A DNA stretch of 36,853 nucleotides from Octopus sinensis (GCF_006345805.1 NW_021834725.1:1-36853); one strand, 5' to 3'; counted from the stretch's first letter, positions 10,271 to 23,312 are shown. The notes: generated by a model from the sequence alone, not told the origin. Numbers and translations: made by a program.

Positions 10271-10849
10271 ACATAGTCACCAACAGAATAACACATTTTT
10301 TGCGAATACATAAGTAAAGAATAAATTATTTAATGACATCTTCGATGTGATCCACAACAGTTCGGTTAGTGTCAACACACTTAATGAAAGATAAATATTT
10401 GATTTTGCCTTCGCTAACTTCGGTAAGAAAGTGGCAGAGACACCGCACCAGTTGGTTTAACGCCACCACCTGGCCCCTGTGTGTTTTTAGTTCATGTTGT
10501 CGCATTTGTTTTTGACCAATCTGCCGATAGTGGCTTATCGTATTTACACCTCTCCCCTTTCTATATTTCCTTAGATGACAAAGACAAAAACGAAAGCAAT
10601 TAATTATCCCTTATCTTCTCTACTATCCGTGAACCCAGATCCGACCTAGACCCTACCTATCACCTCTTACTAACGCGCAAACGTATTCCTCTTTTAGACA
10701 ATTCTATAGTCCATTTCTGTGATCAGAGCTACAATCAAATTTAAATCCGAAAAGTAGCGGGGGTCTAATGCATTCAGATTTCACTCCCCCTGCAACTCAC
10801 CTCTTCCACCTTGACACCAAAAACAAAACAAAAAACAAAACAAAAAAAA

Positions 10850-11170
10850 ACCTCCTAGATACACCCAGACCCGCTGAACGTATCCGTTCCTTGCCCCACT
10901 TCTTTTAATACATCAGATCTTTTTTCCTGCTCTCCGAACTCCTTGAACCATCAACAACTTTTCAGTAAGCAGAACATCTCTCTCACTTCACTCCTCCACC
11001 TCACTCTGAAAGCGCTGTCCTCAGGGTTACAACACTTCTTGTCTCTCACATCTATCGCACACTAACGTCGGTAATGCAGAGCTTCTTAACTTCCACAGCT
11101 GTTTATTGCTGTTCATGTTTAGACTCCAACAACTGGTTCAAAGATTCATTCACAATCATGACGTTTTAGT
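10850..11170 (+). mobile_element. Possible very old CR1/Jockey-like LINE 3' remnant
   Basis: C-rich strand with scattered similarity to remembered LINE 3' sequence (SLPHFF*Y..SEL; CGCACACTAAC; GGTTCAAAG). Weak. Confidence 0.25.
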
Positions 11171-12049
11171 TTCGATTTCACCGCAAGGCAAACACCCTTT
11201 TAAACAATAGCTTCGAATCGTCCCATTTGAGTAGACCAGGAATCAGGGGACTTTTTGAACCAATTACCCTAAAATATATTTATTTACGCAGTTGTTACCC
11301 TCTTGATTTGAAACGAAAAAAAATTATACTTTAAATTCAAAGGTTTATTGAATCTATTCATATGAATCTATTTACACGCCCATTACATTGGATAGATGCA
11401 ATGTTACCAGAAGACAAAATTCTGTCGTAACAAGGAACACGTTTTTTATGTAATTTTACTTACGTCTAATGAGTCCTCATTACCCCAGCAATTTACCCCG
11501 GTTCGCCGACTCCTGGGGTAGATGGACGTTGTCAGAAAGCCTGTCGTATATATATTTTACCTGTGACCCAAATGTTTAGGCGTGTTATATATGGCACCTC
11601 GTCGATACTATCAGGGCATTGCATTAAGGGTGTAGAGGTGTGTATGCGTGTGCGTGTGTATGGGTGAGTGCGTCCACCTGTGTGGTTATGTGATGTATAT
11701 CACCACAAAAGTTAGAAAGAGAAAGAGAGATAGAGAATAAGACATAGTGTAGTGTGTCCAGGAGAGTAACTGATGATGAGTAAGATCAGCCCTGGGAATG
11801 AGTGAATGCATGAGTGCGAAGATGAGTGTGAGTGATGCGCGAGTGACTGATAAAGTGAGCGAGTGGAGGTGTGAGTGGATGTGTGAGTGGAAATAAATAT
11901 CTTCAAGAGAGATAATGAATGGATTTGTTTAGAATATAAAAGAAAAGATAAACAAACATCACAAGTTGCACTCATTACACCCAGAGGTCACTCAGGTCAG
12001 ATGCTAAACTGTCAAAAGATATGTTCTTTTTATTCACACACACACCACA

Positions 12050-12087
12050 CACACACATTTTATATGTGTGTGTGTGTGTGTCTCTCG

Positions 12088-12127
<40 letters not shown>

Positions 12128-12210
12128 TTATATATATATTATATAAATATATATATATATATATGTATGTATATATATATATGTGTATATTATATATATA
12201 TGTATCTATA

Positions 12211-12248
<38 letters not shown>

Positions 12249-12292
12249 GTATATATATATATATACATATATATATATACATATATATATAC

Positions 12293-12324
<32 letters not shown>

Positions 12325-12337
12325 GTATGTATGTATG

Positions 12338-12397
<60 letters not shown>

Positions 12398-12410
12398 ATA
12401 TGTATGTATG
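12050..12410. repeat. Long interrupted (TA)n tract
   Basis: Read directly. Confidence 0.95.
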
Positions 12411-12853
12411 TATTTCTCCCTACTGTGTGCGTAAATACATACATACACGTATGTGTACATACGGTAAGAATGTATTAATATACATACGCACATACATTCT
12501 TCGTCTCTTCATTTTTATTTCGTCTTTTATAAGTATTTCTGGCAAAAATATACAGTGCAACGATAAAGGTCGACTAGGGCATATATCTTGGAGGTTTGGT
12601 GCAATGCTACTCTGGAAGGTACCAACCATGTTTTATGCATTCAATCTGCGGAAAAAAATTTAAATAAACTAAAGCAAAAAGAAACAGGGAAATAAAAACA
12701 AAAGCGGAAAAAGAAACAAAAAAAAAAACATAACAAAGAACACACGAACAGAAAAGTTACAAAAATAGAAAAAAACTTTGAACTAGGATAGGCTAGGTGC
12801 CAAATTCAGGTGAAGAACTTCTCCCTGTCTTCGCCAAATATATATATATATAT

Positions 12854-12896
<43 letters not shown>

Positions 12897-13170
12897 AAAG
12901 AAAAATATAATAGTGAGAAATTGAAAAAAAATAAATCAAAGAATACATACATATGCACCAAGAACAGAGAAGATAAACGCTGAAGAAGAAGAAGAAGAAG
13001 AAGACGGAAAAAAATGAAAGAGGTGGAAATACAATGAAGGCAACATTGTGAACATAATTAACAGACCAAAGGAAAAAAAAAAAGAAAGAAATCTGAGACC
13101 CATGGCAGTAGAGACAGGTTTTCGAACCTGGTTTACTATCAACGCAATATTAAGTGACTATTTCAAGTCA

Positions 13171-13492
13171 ATTTGTTTATTTATTTATACGCCCTTTTCA
13201 AGCCTAGCCAGGCTCATGGGCCCGGTTTCCCAGTTTCTGTGGCGTATTGTTCCCCCCAGCTGGACGGGACGCCAGTCCATCGCAGCATTACTCAAGAAAC
13301 AGGAAGAAAGAGTCAGGGAAAGTTGGGGCGAAAGAGTACAACAGGGGTCGCCACCGCCCCCTGCCGGAGCCTCGTGGAGCATTAGGTGTTTTCGCTCAAT
13401 AAACATACACAACGCCCGGTCTGGGAAGCGAAACCACGATCCTCCGACCGCGAGTCCGCTGCCCTTACCACTGGGCCATTGCGCCTCCACAA
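13171..13492 (-). mobile_element. SINE with family F head and family C tail, flanked by an approximately 9-bp TSD
   Basis: Minus head GGAGGCGCAATGGCCCAGTGGTAAGGGCAGCGGACTCGCGGTC; tail CTGCGATGGACTGGCGTCCCGTCCAGCTGG...AAAAGGGCG(TAAA)n; TTCAAGTCA at 13162-13170 and 13493-13501. Confidence 0.9.
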
Positions 13493-13803
13493 TTCAAGTC
13501 ATTCTAAAAGGTAAAAAGAAAATATCACCACGAATGCTAATAAAAATACGAAAACAAATGAAAAAGAAGAAAAAGAAACACTTGTTCAAAAAAAGCAAAG
13601 AAAACAAAAAGATTAAAAGTGCTATAAATTATTATAATCACCAATTTGAATATTGAAAAGAGCAACAGGTTCGGAAGCACGTACATCTCTGTTACCGGAC
13701 TCTGTCTCACAAAATACTGATGAACGTTTATTCTGCTATTTCTTTTTCTCTACACCCGTGGTTCTAAAATATATGTGCAATACATTGCATATATTTGTGC
13801 AAT

Positions 13804-14216
13804 AGGCGCAGGAGTGGCTGTGTGGCAAGTAGCTTGCTTACCAACCACATGGTTCCGGGTTCAGTCCCACTGCGTGGCACCTTGGGCAAGTGTCTTCTGC
13901 TATAAGCCCCGGGCCGACCAAAGCCTTGTGAGTGGATTTGGTAGACGGGAACTGAAAGAAGCCTGTCATATATATATGTATATGTATATATATATGTGTG
14001 TGTGTGCATGTTTGTGTGTCTGTGTTTGTCCCCCTAGCATTGCTTGACAACCGATGCTGGTGTGTTTATGTCCCCGTCACTTAGCGGTTCGGCAAAAAGA
14101 GACCGATAGAATAAGTACTGGGCTTACAAAGAATAAGTCCCGGGGTCGAGTTGCTCGATTAAAGGTGGTGCTCCAGCATGGCCGCAGTCAAATGACTGAA
14201 ACAAGTAAAAAGAGTA
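13804..14216 (+). mobile_element. SINE family A, full length
   Basis: Near-consensus head, body and tail. Confidence 0.95.
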
Positions 14217-14609
14217 ATACACAAAGAATTTCGACAATTTTTAAAATGGAATTACTAATAATGCTTTTAGTTTGGACACACACAGACATGTATAAATATA
14301 TACATACACCCATATATATGTATGTATATGTGTGTTGTGTGTGTGCGTGCGCGCGCGCGTGCAGATACAAAAACTGTATAATTATAAGCATAATTATAAT
14401 TAGGGTTCAGAAAAATTGATTCACCATGTACTGAAATTTAGAAATAGCAGTTAAATACTATTCCACTACCATAAGATATTTTCCCAGATAGATAGTGATC
14501 GATTGATTAATAAACTCGCGTATTCATTTATATACAGACATACTTGCAGCCAAATCCAACAACAGCGGTGTAAGAACAGCTTTAAAAGCGATCGCAGTAA
14601 TGCAATTAG

Positions 14610-14846
14610 GGACCCTCTGTGTGGTCACTCGATTTGTTAGCACTAGCAGTTAAATATCTCTTAAATTACATCCAACTGTTTTCCAAAACAGAAGGACACA
14701 TTTCTTATGAGTATAATAATTCTGGGTTCAATTTGTATGGAAAAAAAAAAAGAAATCAATGGAAAATTCATTGTTAGTTCATTTTTTTATCATTGGTCTC
14801 ATCTGCTGGATTGGAGCTGACCCAGGGTTAAACAACAGCAACAATC
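14610..14846 (+). mobile_element. Degenerate 3' part of another SINE-like repeat ending in (AAC)n
   Basis: GGTCACTCGATTTGTTAG...GAGCTGACCCAGGGTTAAACAACAGCAACAA resembles a remembered octopus repeat; no second copy in the window. Confidence 0.3.
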
Positions 14847-15199
14847 GTCATTTCGCATTTGCTAAGGATTAAGGTGAAATGGGCGTGTTTCTATTTATCA
14901 GGCACATAATTTAAGGGTCAGAGAACAAGGAAGTATAATTGGGGTTCAGAGGAAGGGCTTTGGCGTCAACAATAGGCGGTGGTAGCTGGAGGACAGTGTG
15001 AAAGGCTTTTGTTTACATAGTGTTGATATTGCTGTTGTTGTTGTTGTGTTGTTGAGGATGATGTTGATTATATAGTACAGGTGCGACATTGATTCCCTGC
15101 CTGACGCCCTCCGTCCCCGGTTTGTATCGTTGTTTTTATTTTAATTTTAAATATCTTCCCCTTCCTTTCCGTCTGATACTCCTCTCTAGACAACAGGTG

Positions 15200-15400
15200 A
15201 GACGTATGTATGTATGTATGCATGCATGCATGTATGTATGTATGTATGTATGCAGCATGTATGCATGTATGCAAGTATGTATGTATGTATGTACGTATGT
15301 ATGTATATATGTATATATGTATGAGTATTTGTGTATATGTATATATACATGCATATATATATGTATATGTACATATATATATATATACATATATATATAT

Positions 15401-15452
<52 letters not shown>

Positions 15453-15498
15453 ATATATGTATATATATATATATATATTATATATATATATATATGTG

Positions 15499-15564
<66 letters not shown>

Positions 15565-15610
15565 TATGTATATATAATATATATATATATATATAATATA
15601 TAATATACAT
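15200..15610. repeat. (TATG)n/(TA)n/(TG)n compound microsatellite
   Basis: Read directly. Confidence 0.95.
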
Positions 15611-15990
15611 ATAGATAGGATATCTATACATATAAATAAAAAAAAGCATTTAAATTAAACGCGATAAATATATAAATCAATGACACACACAAAAAAAAAA
15701 GAGATAAAAACATGATAGTAACATACAGATATATCAATTTGGAACAAATATTTACTTCAGCTGATTGTTTATTGCTGAGAGTTCACGCACGATAAACAAA
15801 GATACGCGTTTCAGGAGACATGTAGAACATCAAGTGCTGTTGACGGTGAATGTACTTGGGCTGAGTATATCTGCAGCTGCATATGTAACGTTGCAGTAAA
15901 ATACGATAGTGAAAAATGTAAAAGAAAAACGTACAGCTATGTCTGTGTGTAATAAATCCGCAAGATTAAGTGGAGAAGCTATGCGTCTTT

Positions 15991-16506
15991 AATAATGATA
16001 ATCCTTTCTACTATAAGTGGAAGCGCGTGGCTTAGTGGTTAGGGTGTCAGCATCATGATCGTAAGATTGTGGTTTCGATTCCTGAGCACCATGATCGTAA
16101 GATTGTGGTTTCGATTCCTGGACCGGGCGACGCGTTGTGTTCTTGAGCAAAACACTTCATTTCACGTTGCTCCAGTCCACTCAGCTGGCAAAAATGAGTA
16201 ACGCTGCGATGGACTGGCGTCCCGTCCAGCTGGGGAACACATACACCATAGAAACGGGGAAACCGGGCCCATGAGCCTGGCTAGGCTTTAAAAGGGCGCA
16301 TTTATATTTATATTTATTTCTACTATAAGTACAAAGGGAGGAAAGGGGCTAGTCGATTTCTTCGACTCCTGCTATTTATTTTGTCAACCCCGAAAGGATG
16401 AAAGGAAAAGTCGACCTCGGTGGAATTTGAACTCAGAATGTAAAGGCGGACTAAATGTCGCTAAGCATCTCGCCCAGCGTGCTAACGATTCTGCCAGTTC
16501 GTCGCC
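15991..16506 (-). mobile_element. SINE family B (monomeric), split by a nested family C insertion
   Basis: Tail AATAATGATAATCCTTTCTACTATAAGT at 15991-16018; the element resumes at 16317 and runs to the head (CTGCCAGTTCGTCGCC, 16506). Confidence 0.85.
16019..16316 (+). mobile_element. SINE family C, young, 14-bp TSD, 36-bp tandem duplication in the head
   Basis: TSD TTTCTACTATAAGT at 16005-16018 and 16317-16330; A-box TGGCTTAGTGGTTAG; duplicated unit at 16049-16084 and 16085-16120. Confidence 0.93.
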
Positions 16507-17000
16507 ACAGGACCTGTGAATATTTCATAGAATTAATGGTAAACCTATTGGTTTATTTCTGAAAACTTATCCAAAAACCCTGAAAGTGTCGCCTGTGTTA
16601 TGTCTGTATGGAAAGATAGTCGCTCATCTGCTACTCATCGAAAAGTGAAAGAATTGGAATACGAGATTACTTAATGCGCTTTATATATGTACACTTTATA
16701 TGCTTTAAGCACAATTTTGTAAACTTAATACACACCACTCATAAAATAAATATTCCCTCTTCTTTTTCTATTCTTCCCATAAACAAAAAATACCCCGTAC
16801 ATATGATACAACCTTCAGTTAAATTGCATATATCTGCCACGTAAATAAGCGTGAATATTTCACGGAATTGCACTTATGCGCGTGCGTTAAGTGATAGGTG
16901 ATTTAAAAGAACCTAGTTCAATAAAAAAAAACTTTTACTATCCAATGACCACCGCCTCCTACACCACCACTACCTCCATCACCACCACCACAATCAACCA

Positions 17001-17033
<33 letters not shown>

Positions 17034-17100
17034 AACATTATATATATATATATATATATATATATCTATATATATATATATATATGTATATGTAGAAAAA

Positions 17101-17291
17101 TACAAACTGGGACAAGAACGCAAAACATTTAGAAGACGATACAAAAAACATAGACGGGACATTCGAAGCCTTCAATCTTCAGTCAAGAACCGGATCATCC
17201 TCGCAATTTCGGCTGATTAATCTTGAGATTGCTCCGATCTGGCCAGCTCCAAAGGAAAATCTAAGCCAAGCGCATTAGATTCCTTGGAAGA
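17101..17291 (-). mobile_element. Dispersed repeat family E, copy 1 (Penelope terminal-repeat-like)
   Basis: 191 bp, about 95% identical by eye to 26772-26962; abuts (TA)n. Classification and strand are inferred. Confidence 0.75.
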
Positions 17292-18059
17292 AAGCCTGTA
17301 TACATACATACATACATACATACATACATACATGCATGCACTTATAGATTTTCGGTTAAACACAAACATGTGCATATGCATACAACCACACATTCACATA
17401 CCAACTCGTACATATGCAAACACATAATTATACGCATACACCATATACACACAACACGTAATTATACGCATACACCATCAGATACACACACAATCACCGA
17501 GTCACATACCTTGTCACAGACACAATTCCATAAACACACACACGCGCACACCGTCACACACACACACATACATACACGCACACACATATATATACTCACA
17601 CAATCACATAGTTACTTTCACATAGACACATAAACACCACCACGCCGACAATAACCACCACCACCACCACTACCATCACCACTAGCGCCACCCCTAACAA
17701 CCGCCACCGTCATCACTACCACCATTACCACCACGATACAAATATATTAATATCTCTCTACTCCACCCTCGACCGTCTTCTTTCTCATTTCGCGGTTTCA
17801 CGCTTCATTACACTGAACGTTTCACGGTGAAATTGCCCGGCAAAGCATCCACTTCAAGGGTGAATGCAACCGAAGACACGGGGGGAGGGGGGAGAGAAAG
17901 AAGGAACGACAGAAAACAAGAAAGAAAGAGAGTAACTAGTGAGAGATAGAGGAAAAGAACTATAAAGAAGAGAAGTCACCTCGACGAATGCCACCGCCAA
18001 ACATAATATATGTCAATATAATATTATAACTACATTTCTCTGTCTCTGAGACTCTCTCT

Positions 18060-18435
18060 GTCTGTTTGTCTGTCACTGTCTCTCTCTCTCTTCCTCTCTT
18101 TCCCCCTCTCTCTTTACCTTCCTCTCTCTCTTTCTCCCTCTCTCTCTCTCTCGTTCTTTCGTTCTTTAAATCTATCCGCGTGTTTGGGTGTATAAATTTA
18201 TGTCTTGCTTTGCGCCCCTAGCTACATTCGGAGTCGAAAGGGCGCCATCATGACAAGGATGTGTCTTGAGCACCTAACCCTGGTGGTGCCATTGCTTCTC
18301 CAGTCTTGACAATAACCGATTTCTTTCAGAGGAAACGGGAGAAACAGTGAGAGCAAGAGAGAGAGAGGGAGGGAAAAATGATGATGATGATGATGATGAA
18401 GAAGAAGAAGAAGAAGAAGAAGAAGAAGAAGAAGA
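18060..18435. repeat. (CT)n tract (18060-18150) and (GA/GAT/GAA)n tract (18355-18435)
   Basis: Read directly. Confidence 0.85.
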
Positions 18436-18464
18436 AATCCAAGTACTTGAGAGAGGACAGGCAA

Positions 18465-18566
18465 TACCAACCTTCGGCGAGATTTGAACTCGGGTGTAGA
18501 TAACAGGAACCAATGTGGCTCGCATTCTCCCAGTTACTTTAATGCCTTTGCCAATTTGCCGCCTCG
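18465..18566 (-). mobile_element. Degenerate SINE family B head
   Basis: GAGATTTGAACTC (reverse B-box) ...TTTGCCAATTTGCCGCCT. Confidence 0.5.
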
Positions 18567-18624
18567 CATATACGTACATACACTCATATATACACACACA
18601 TACAACATATACACAAATATGCGG

Positions 18625-18643
18625 ATGGATAGATAGATAGATT

Positions 18644-18715
<72 letters not shown>
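18625..18715. repeat. (GATA)n
   Basis: Read directly. Confidence 0.95.
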
Positions 18716-18717
<2 letters not shown>

Positions 18718-19140
18718 GCTGGCAGAAACGTTAGCTAAGGCGGCGAGCTGGCAGCAACGTTAGCACGCCGGGCGAAATGCGTAACCGTATTTCGTCTGTC
18801 GTTACGTTCTGAGTTCAAATTCCGCCGAGGTCGACCTTGCCTTTCATCCTTTCGGGGTCGATTAAACAAGTACCAGTTACGCACTGGAGTCGATATAATC
18901 GACTTAATCCAATTGTTTGACCTTGTTTTTCCTCTCTGTGTTTAGCAACTTGTGGGTAGTAAAGAAATAGGTATTTCGTCCGTCTTTACGTTCTGAGTTC
19001 AAATTCCACTGAGGTGGACTTTACCCTTCATCATTTCGGTGTCTTAAAATAAGTACCAGTTGAGTACTGGTGTCTATGTAATTGACTTAACCTCTCCCCC
19101 AAATATCTGGCCTTGTGCCGAAAATTTGAAACCAATATCA
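18716..19140 (+). mobile_element. SINE family B, dimeric full-length copy with duplicated 5' tip
   Basis: GAGCTGGCAG(A/C)AACGTTAGC occurs twice at the start; an approximately 120-bp module repeats at 18787 and 18971; tail GAAACCAATATC. Confidence 0.92.
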
Positions 19141-19343
19141 TCTATTATATAATTCAGTTCATCATAATATGTATTCCGAATGTTATGTTTTTAATAAACC
19201 TTAACTATGAGACGAATTTGAAGACATGTCAGTATTTAACATAATAAAACAATGTGATAACTATCTATAAACTTATATGTCAAAATAGAAGCCTAAATAT
19301 TCTGAATATATATTCAGAATATTCTAGCAAGTACGGGAGATAA

Positions 19344-19381
19344 TCAGGACTTGTTTCGGTCTTTAAAACCGTCGTCAGTGA
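19344..19381 (-). ncRNA. Eroded minimal hammerhead ribozyme-like motif
   Basis: Minus strand TCA-CTGACGA-C-GGTTT(TAA)AGACC-GAAACAAGTC-C-TGA: intact CUGANGA, GAAA and GUC; 5-bp stem II; stem I only 3 bp with one extra base. Confidence 0.4.
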
Positions 19382-19616
19382 AGCATAGGCTTCAACATAC
19401 AAGTCAAAGCAGAGATGAGAGATTCACTGTGTTCTTGTCGAACCATAATATTCTTTCTGAATCATTAGTTGTGAATACTTTTGCCCGATAAACGAAGGAA
19501 TTTGAATAACATTATTTGAGGGACATTATACAGGATTAAAACAATTACACGAATCGGAAAGATTAAATAATAAATGTAGGCTTCTGTCAAAGACTTTGAA
19601 AAGTGATATTTGCTAT

Positions 19617-20033
19617 ATCTCTCTTTTACTCTCTTTTACTTGTTTCAGTCATTTGACTGCGGCCATGCTGGAGCACCACCTTTAATCGAGCAACTCGACC
19701 CCGGGACTTATTTTTTTGTAAGCCCAGTACTTATTCCATCGGTCTCTTTTGCCGAACCGCTAAGTAACGGGGACATAAACACACCAGCATCGGTTGTCAA
19801 GCAATGCTAGGGGGACAAACACAGACACACGAACAGACACACACACACACACACATATATACATATATACGACGGGCTTCTTTCAGTTTCCGTCTACCAA
19901 ATCCACTCACAAGGCTTTGGTCGGCCCGAGGCTATAGTAGAAGACACTTGCATAAAGTGCCACGCAGTGGGACTGAACCCGGAACCATGTGATTGGTAAA
20001 CAAGCTACTTACCACACAGCCACTCCTGCGCCT
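19617..20033 (-). mobile_element. SINE family A, full length
   Basis: Near-consensus reverse complement. Confidence 0.95.
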
Positions 20034-20349
20034 TCTTTAACATTTTTATGCAAAACTAAAACTTTTTTGTTGTTGTACGTAATTTATCTTCTTAATGAGT
20101 TTTCTTAACGCCAATCCTAGTTAAACATAGATTAACAGATTTGCATTCAACTATTTTTCAGAATAGGGAAATGATTAGAAGATATATTTGTGTACTATAA
20201 TTTTTGATTTAGATTTTGACATATATTTAAAAGTAATCCTGTTTTATGAATTAAACTGTTTATATACTGCATAATTGAAGAGACCGTTACATATCACCAT
20301 TATTGTGGCGTTATAATTCAACAAGTTCAGTCAACATTTGCATAAAGCT

Positions 20350-20523
20350 TATAGACACGCACGCGCGCACACACATCTATATATCTATTTATCTATATGT
20401 TATATACATACACACATATACATATACACTATATATATATTTACTCACAGACATATCCATATGTTACCTATCTATCTATCTCTTTTTCCTCCCCCCTCTC
20501 TCTCTCCCGCTCTCTCTCTCTTC

Positions 20524-20574
<51 letters not shown>

Positions 20575-20848
20575 AATATATATATACACACCCACAATAT
20601 ATATATATAATATACACATATATATATATATATATATAATATATTCATTCTTTATATATATATTATATATATATATATATATCTATATATATATCATATA
20701 TGTGTATGGGTTTATGTTTGTAACTATATATGTATCTTGAAATAAATTCACACACCCACTCTATATATATTATATGCATATGTAAATATATAGAATGTAT
20801 ATAGTACATGTATACATGAGTGATATATACACACACACTCACACACAC

Positions 20849-20882
<34 letters not shown>

Positions 20883-21183
20883 AGCATATGCATGTGCGCA
20901 CGTGTATGCACACACACACACACACACGTTACATATGTTATATACGTATATATGTTCGTTATCGACCAGGGACTCACTGCCATCTGGCGGCTGGTAAATA
21001 ACATCTTTGTTACACGCAAACCCAAATATTTACAGTGCCGATGATCAGTTGACCCAGTGGAACTCGGAGTTTAAACAATTTGGTAAATCACGGATGTTTA
21101 TTTATCAGTGTATCATACGCACGTACGCATACATGATACACACACACGAGTTAAACATATGTGTATATATATATATATATATA

Positions 21184-21225
<42 letters not shown>

Positions 21226-21278
21226 ATATATATATACATACATACATACATACATACATACATACATACATACTACAT

Positions 21279-21321
<43 letters not shown>

Positions 21322-21330
21322 CATGCACAA
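20350..21330. repeat. Microsatellite field (TA/CA/CT/TACA)
   Basis: Read directly, with short unique interruptions. Confidence 0.85.
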
Positions 21331-21575
21331 GTAGCAATTTGTTCAAAAAATATACGTGCATACACGCACGTATGTATATACACAGATATATGTAACTGAT
21401 ATACGCGTCGTTATTAGACACAAATACATTCATACATACACATAAACATGTATGTAGACAAATACAGTTTCATTATATACATACGTTTATGTATAGATAT
21501 GAATCTGCTTTGCGTGTATATGTGTGTGTGCGTGCGTGTCTGTGTGAAAGTATGTAGTTTATAAAATGCACATAG

Positions 21576-21623
<48 letters not shown>

Positions 21624-21630
<7 letters not shown>

Positions 21631-22590
21631 AATAAAATAGAACATATGCATATATATAAACATATATGTACGTACCTACCTCTACATGTACATATACACG
21701 CATATATGTGTACAGGACACCAAAAAGACGTCGAACACATAGAGAGACGAAAAACATAGACACAACCAAGGAACAAGACAAGCAAAAAAAGAGATACAGG
21801 ACAATAAGCACAACGAAAAATCCCCTTCTTCAGTCGCTAAGGTTTCATCTACTAAACGTTTCGAAGGATAAACGAGACGTATACTTCGAAGAAAACTTCC
21901 TTCCTGCGAAAAGCAAATCAATTAAAATCTGAGATCTTTTCGCAGAGGGGTAAAAAAAGCAAGACGGTAACGACAGTACAAACATATAACAGTAAAAATA
22001 TATATATAAACAGTGGAAAAATAAATATATAACAGTGAGAGACAGGACAAGGAGAACAAGATAAGAAGGGCTGTTAACGCCAGACGAAAAAAGTATTGCA
22101 ACGCTGGATTATAGTGGACGACGAGAGAGAAAAATTGTCGACCAGTAGCCTTAGAAGGCGGGCGAGAAAAGACAGGATAGCAGTTACGACGAAAGTATCG
22201 TCGCAGATGGACGACGGGAATGGGGGAGGAGGAGCAAGAGGAAGAGAGAGAAGAAGGGGAATGGTGCGAGGAGACCATGAAGAATGGTGAAATGGAGAGA
22301 AGAAATGAAGAATGAGAGAGAGAAGAAGAGACAAGTTAAGTGAGGGAAAAAGACGAAAAAGGGAATGGGAGAGAAAGAAAGAAAGATGCAGAGTCGCGTG
22401 AGAGTTAATATCAAGGCTAACTTGATAAACAGAACAATCTTACTTAATAGGGTGCGTGCGTTTAGTCGTATAATATGTTAATAAAATAGAACATATGCAT
22501 ATATATAAACATATATGTACGTACCTACCTCTACATGTACATATACACGCATATATGTGTACAGGACACCAAAAAGACGTCGAACACATA
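21624..22590. mobile_element. 967-bp unit bounded by identical 118-bp direct repeats, embedded in (TA)n; unclassified
   Basis: 21624-21741 equals 22473-22590 base for base; no PBS or PPT found; 10-bp perfect stem at 21904-21913/21936-21945. Confidence 0.6.
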
Positions 22591-22659
22591 TATATATATA
22601 TATACACGTGTGTATATATGTATGAATTCTAAGTGGGTGTGTACAAGGACATAAAATTA

Positions 22660-22785
22660 TACATAATTACATGCATACATACATACATGCATACATACAT
22701 ACATACATACATACATACATACATACACATACATACATACATACATACATACATACATACATGCATGCATGCATGCATATATACG
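22660..22785. repeat. (TACA)n/(TGCA)n
   Basis: Read directly. Confidence 0.95.
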
Positions 22786-22800
22786 TAAGACGTTTCCTTT

Positions 22801-23312
22801 TCAACCACATGGTGCCAGGTTCGGTCCTACTGCGTGGCGCATTTGGTAACTCTCTTCTACTATAGTCTCAGGCCGACCAAAGCCTTGTGAGTAGATTTGG
22901 TAGACGGAAACTGAAAGAAGCTCGTCCTATATGTATACATATACATATGTGTGTGCGCGTGTGTGTGTATGGGTGTGTGTTATATGCACACACACATATA
23001 TATGTGTGTGTGGGTGTATTATATGTACACATACATGCACACACACACATATTACATATACATGTGTGTATGTATTTGTGTGTCTTTCTCCCCCCTTCAC
23101 TGCTTGACAACCGGCATTGGTTTGTTTACGTCCCTGTAACTTAGCAGTTCGGTAAAACAAACCGATAGAATAAGTGTCAGGCTTAAAAAAAAATATATAT
23201 ATTAAAAAAAGAAAAATATTGGCGTCGATTCATTCGACTTAAACAATTTTCAAAACGTTGCCCCAGTATGGCCGCAGTCTAGTGACTGAAACAAGTAAAA
23301 AATACAAGATAA
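22801..23312 (+). mobile_element. SINE family A, diverged, 5'-truncated, long internal microsatellite
   Basis: AACCACATGGTGCCAGGTTCGGTCC...GACTGAAACAAGTAAAAAATACAAGATAAA. Confidence 0.88.

Noticed and set aside
13048-13656. 202-aa plus-strand ORF
   Set aside because: Runs antisense through a TSD-flanked SINE and A-rich flanks.
14180-14216. SINE A tail resembling the 3' half of a hammerhead (AGTC-AAAT-GACT-GAAACAAGTA)
   Set aside because: No CUGANGA upstream; better explained as a LINE-derived 3' stem-loop.
16545-16675. Open frame SENLSKNPESVACVMSVWKDSRSSATHRKVKELEYEIT*
   Set aside because: No good splice acceptor or start codon context, and no recognised homology.
21624-22590. LTR retrotransposon or TRIM interpretation
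   Set aside because: No TGG primer-binding site or polypurine tract next to either repeat on either strand, and no clear 4-6 bp TSD distinguishable from (TA)n.
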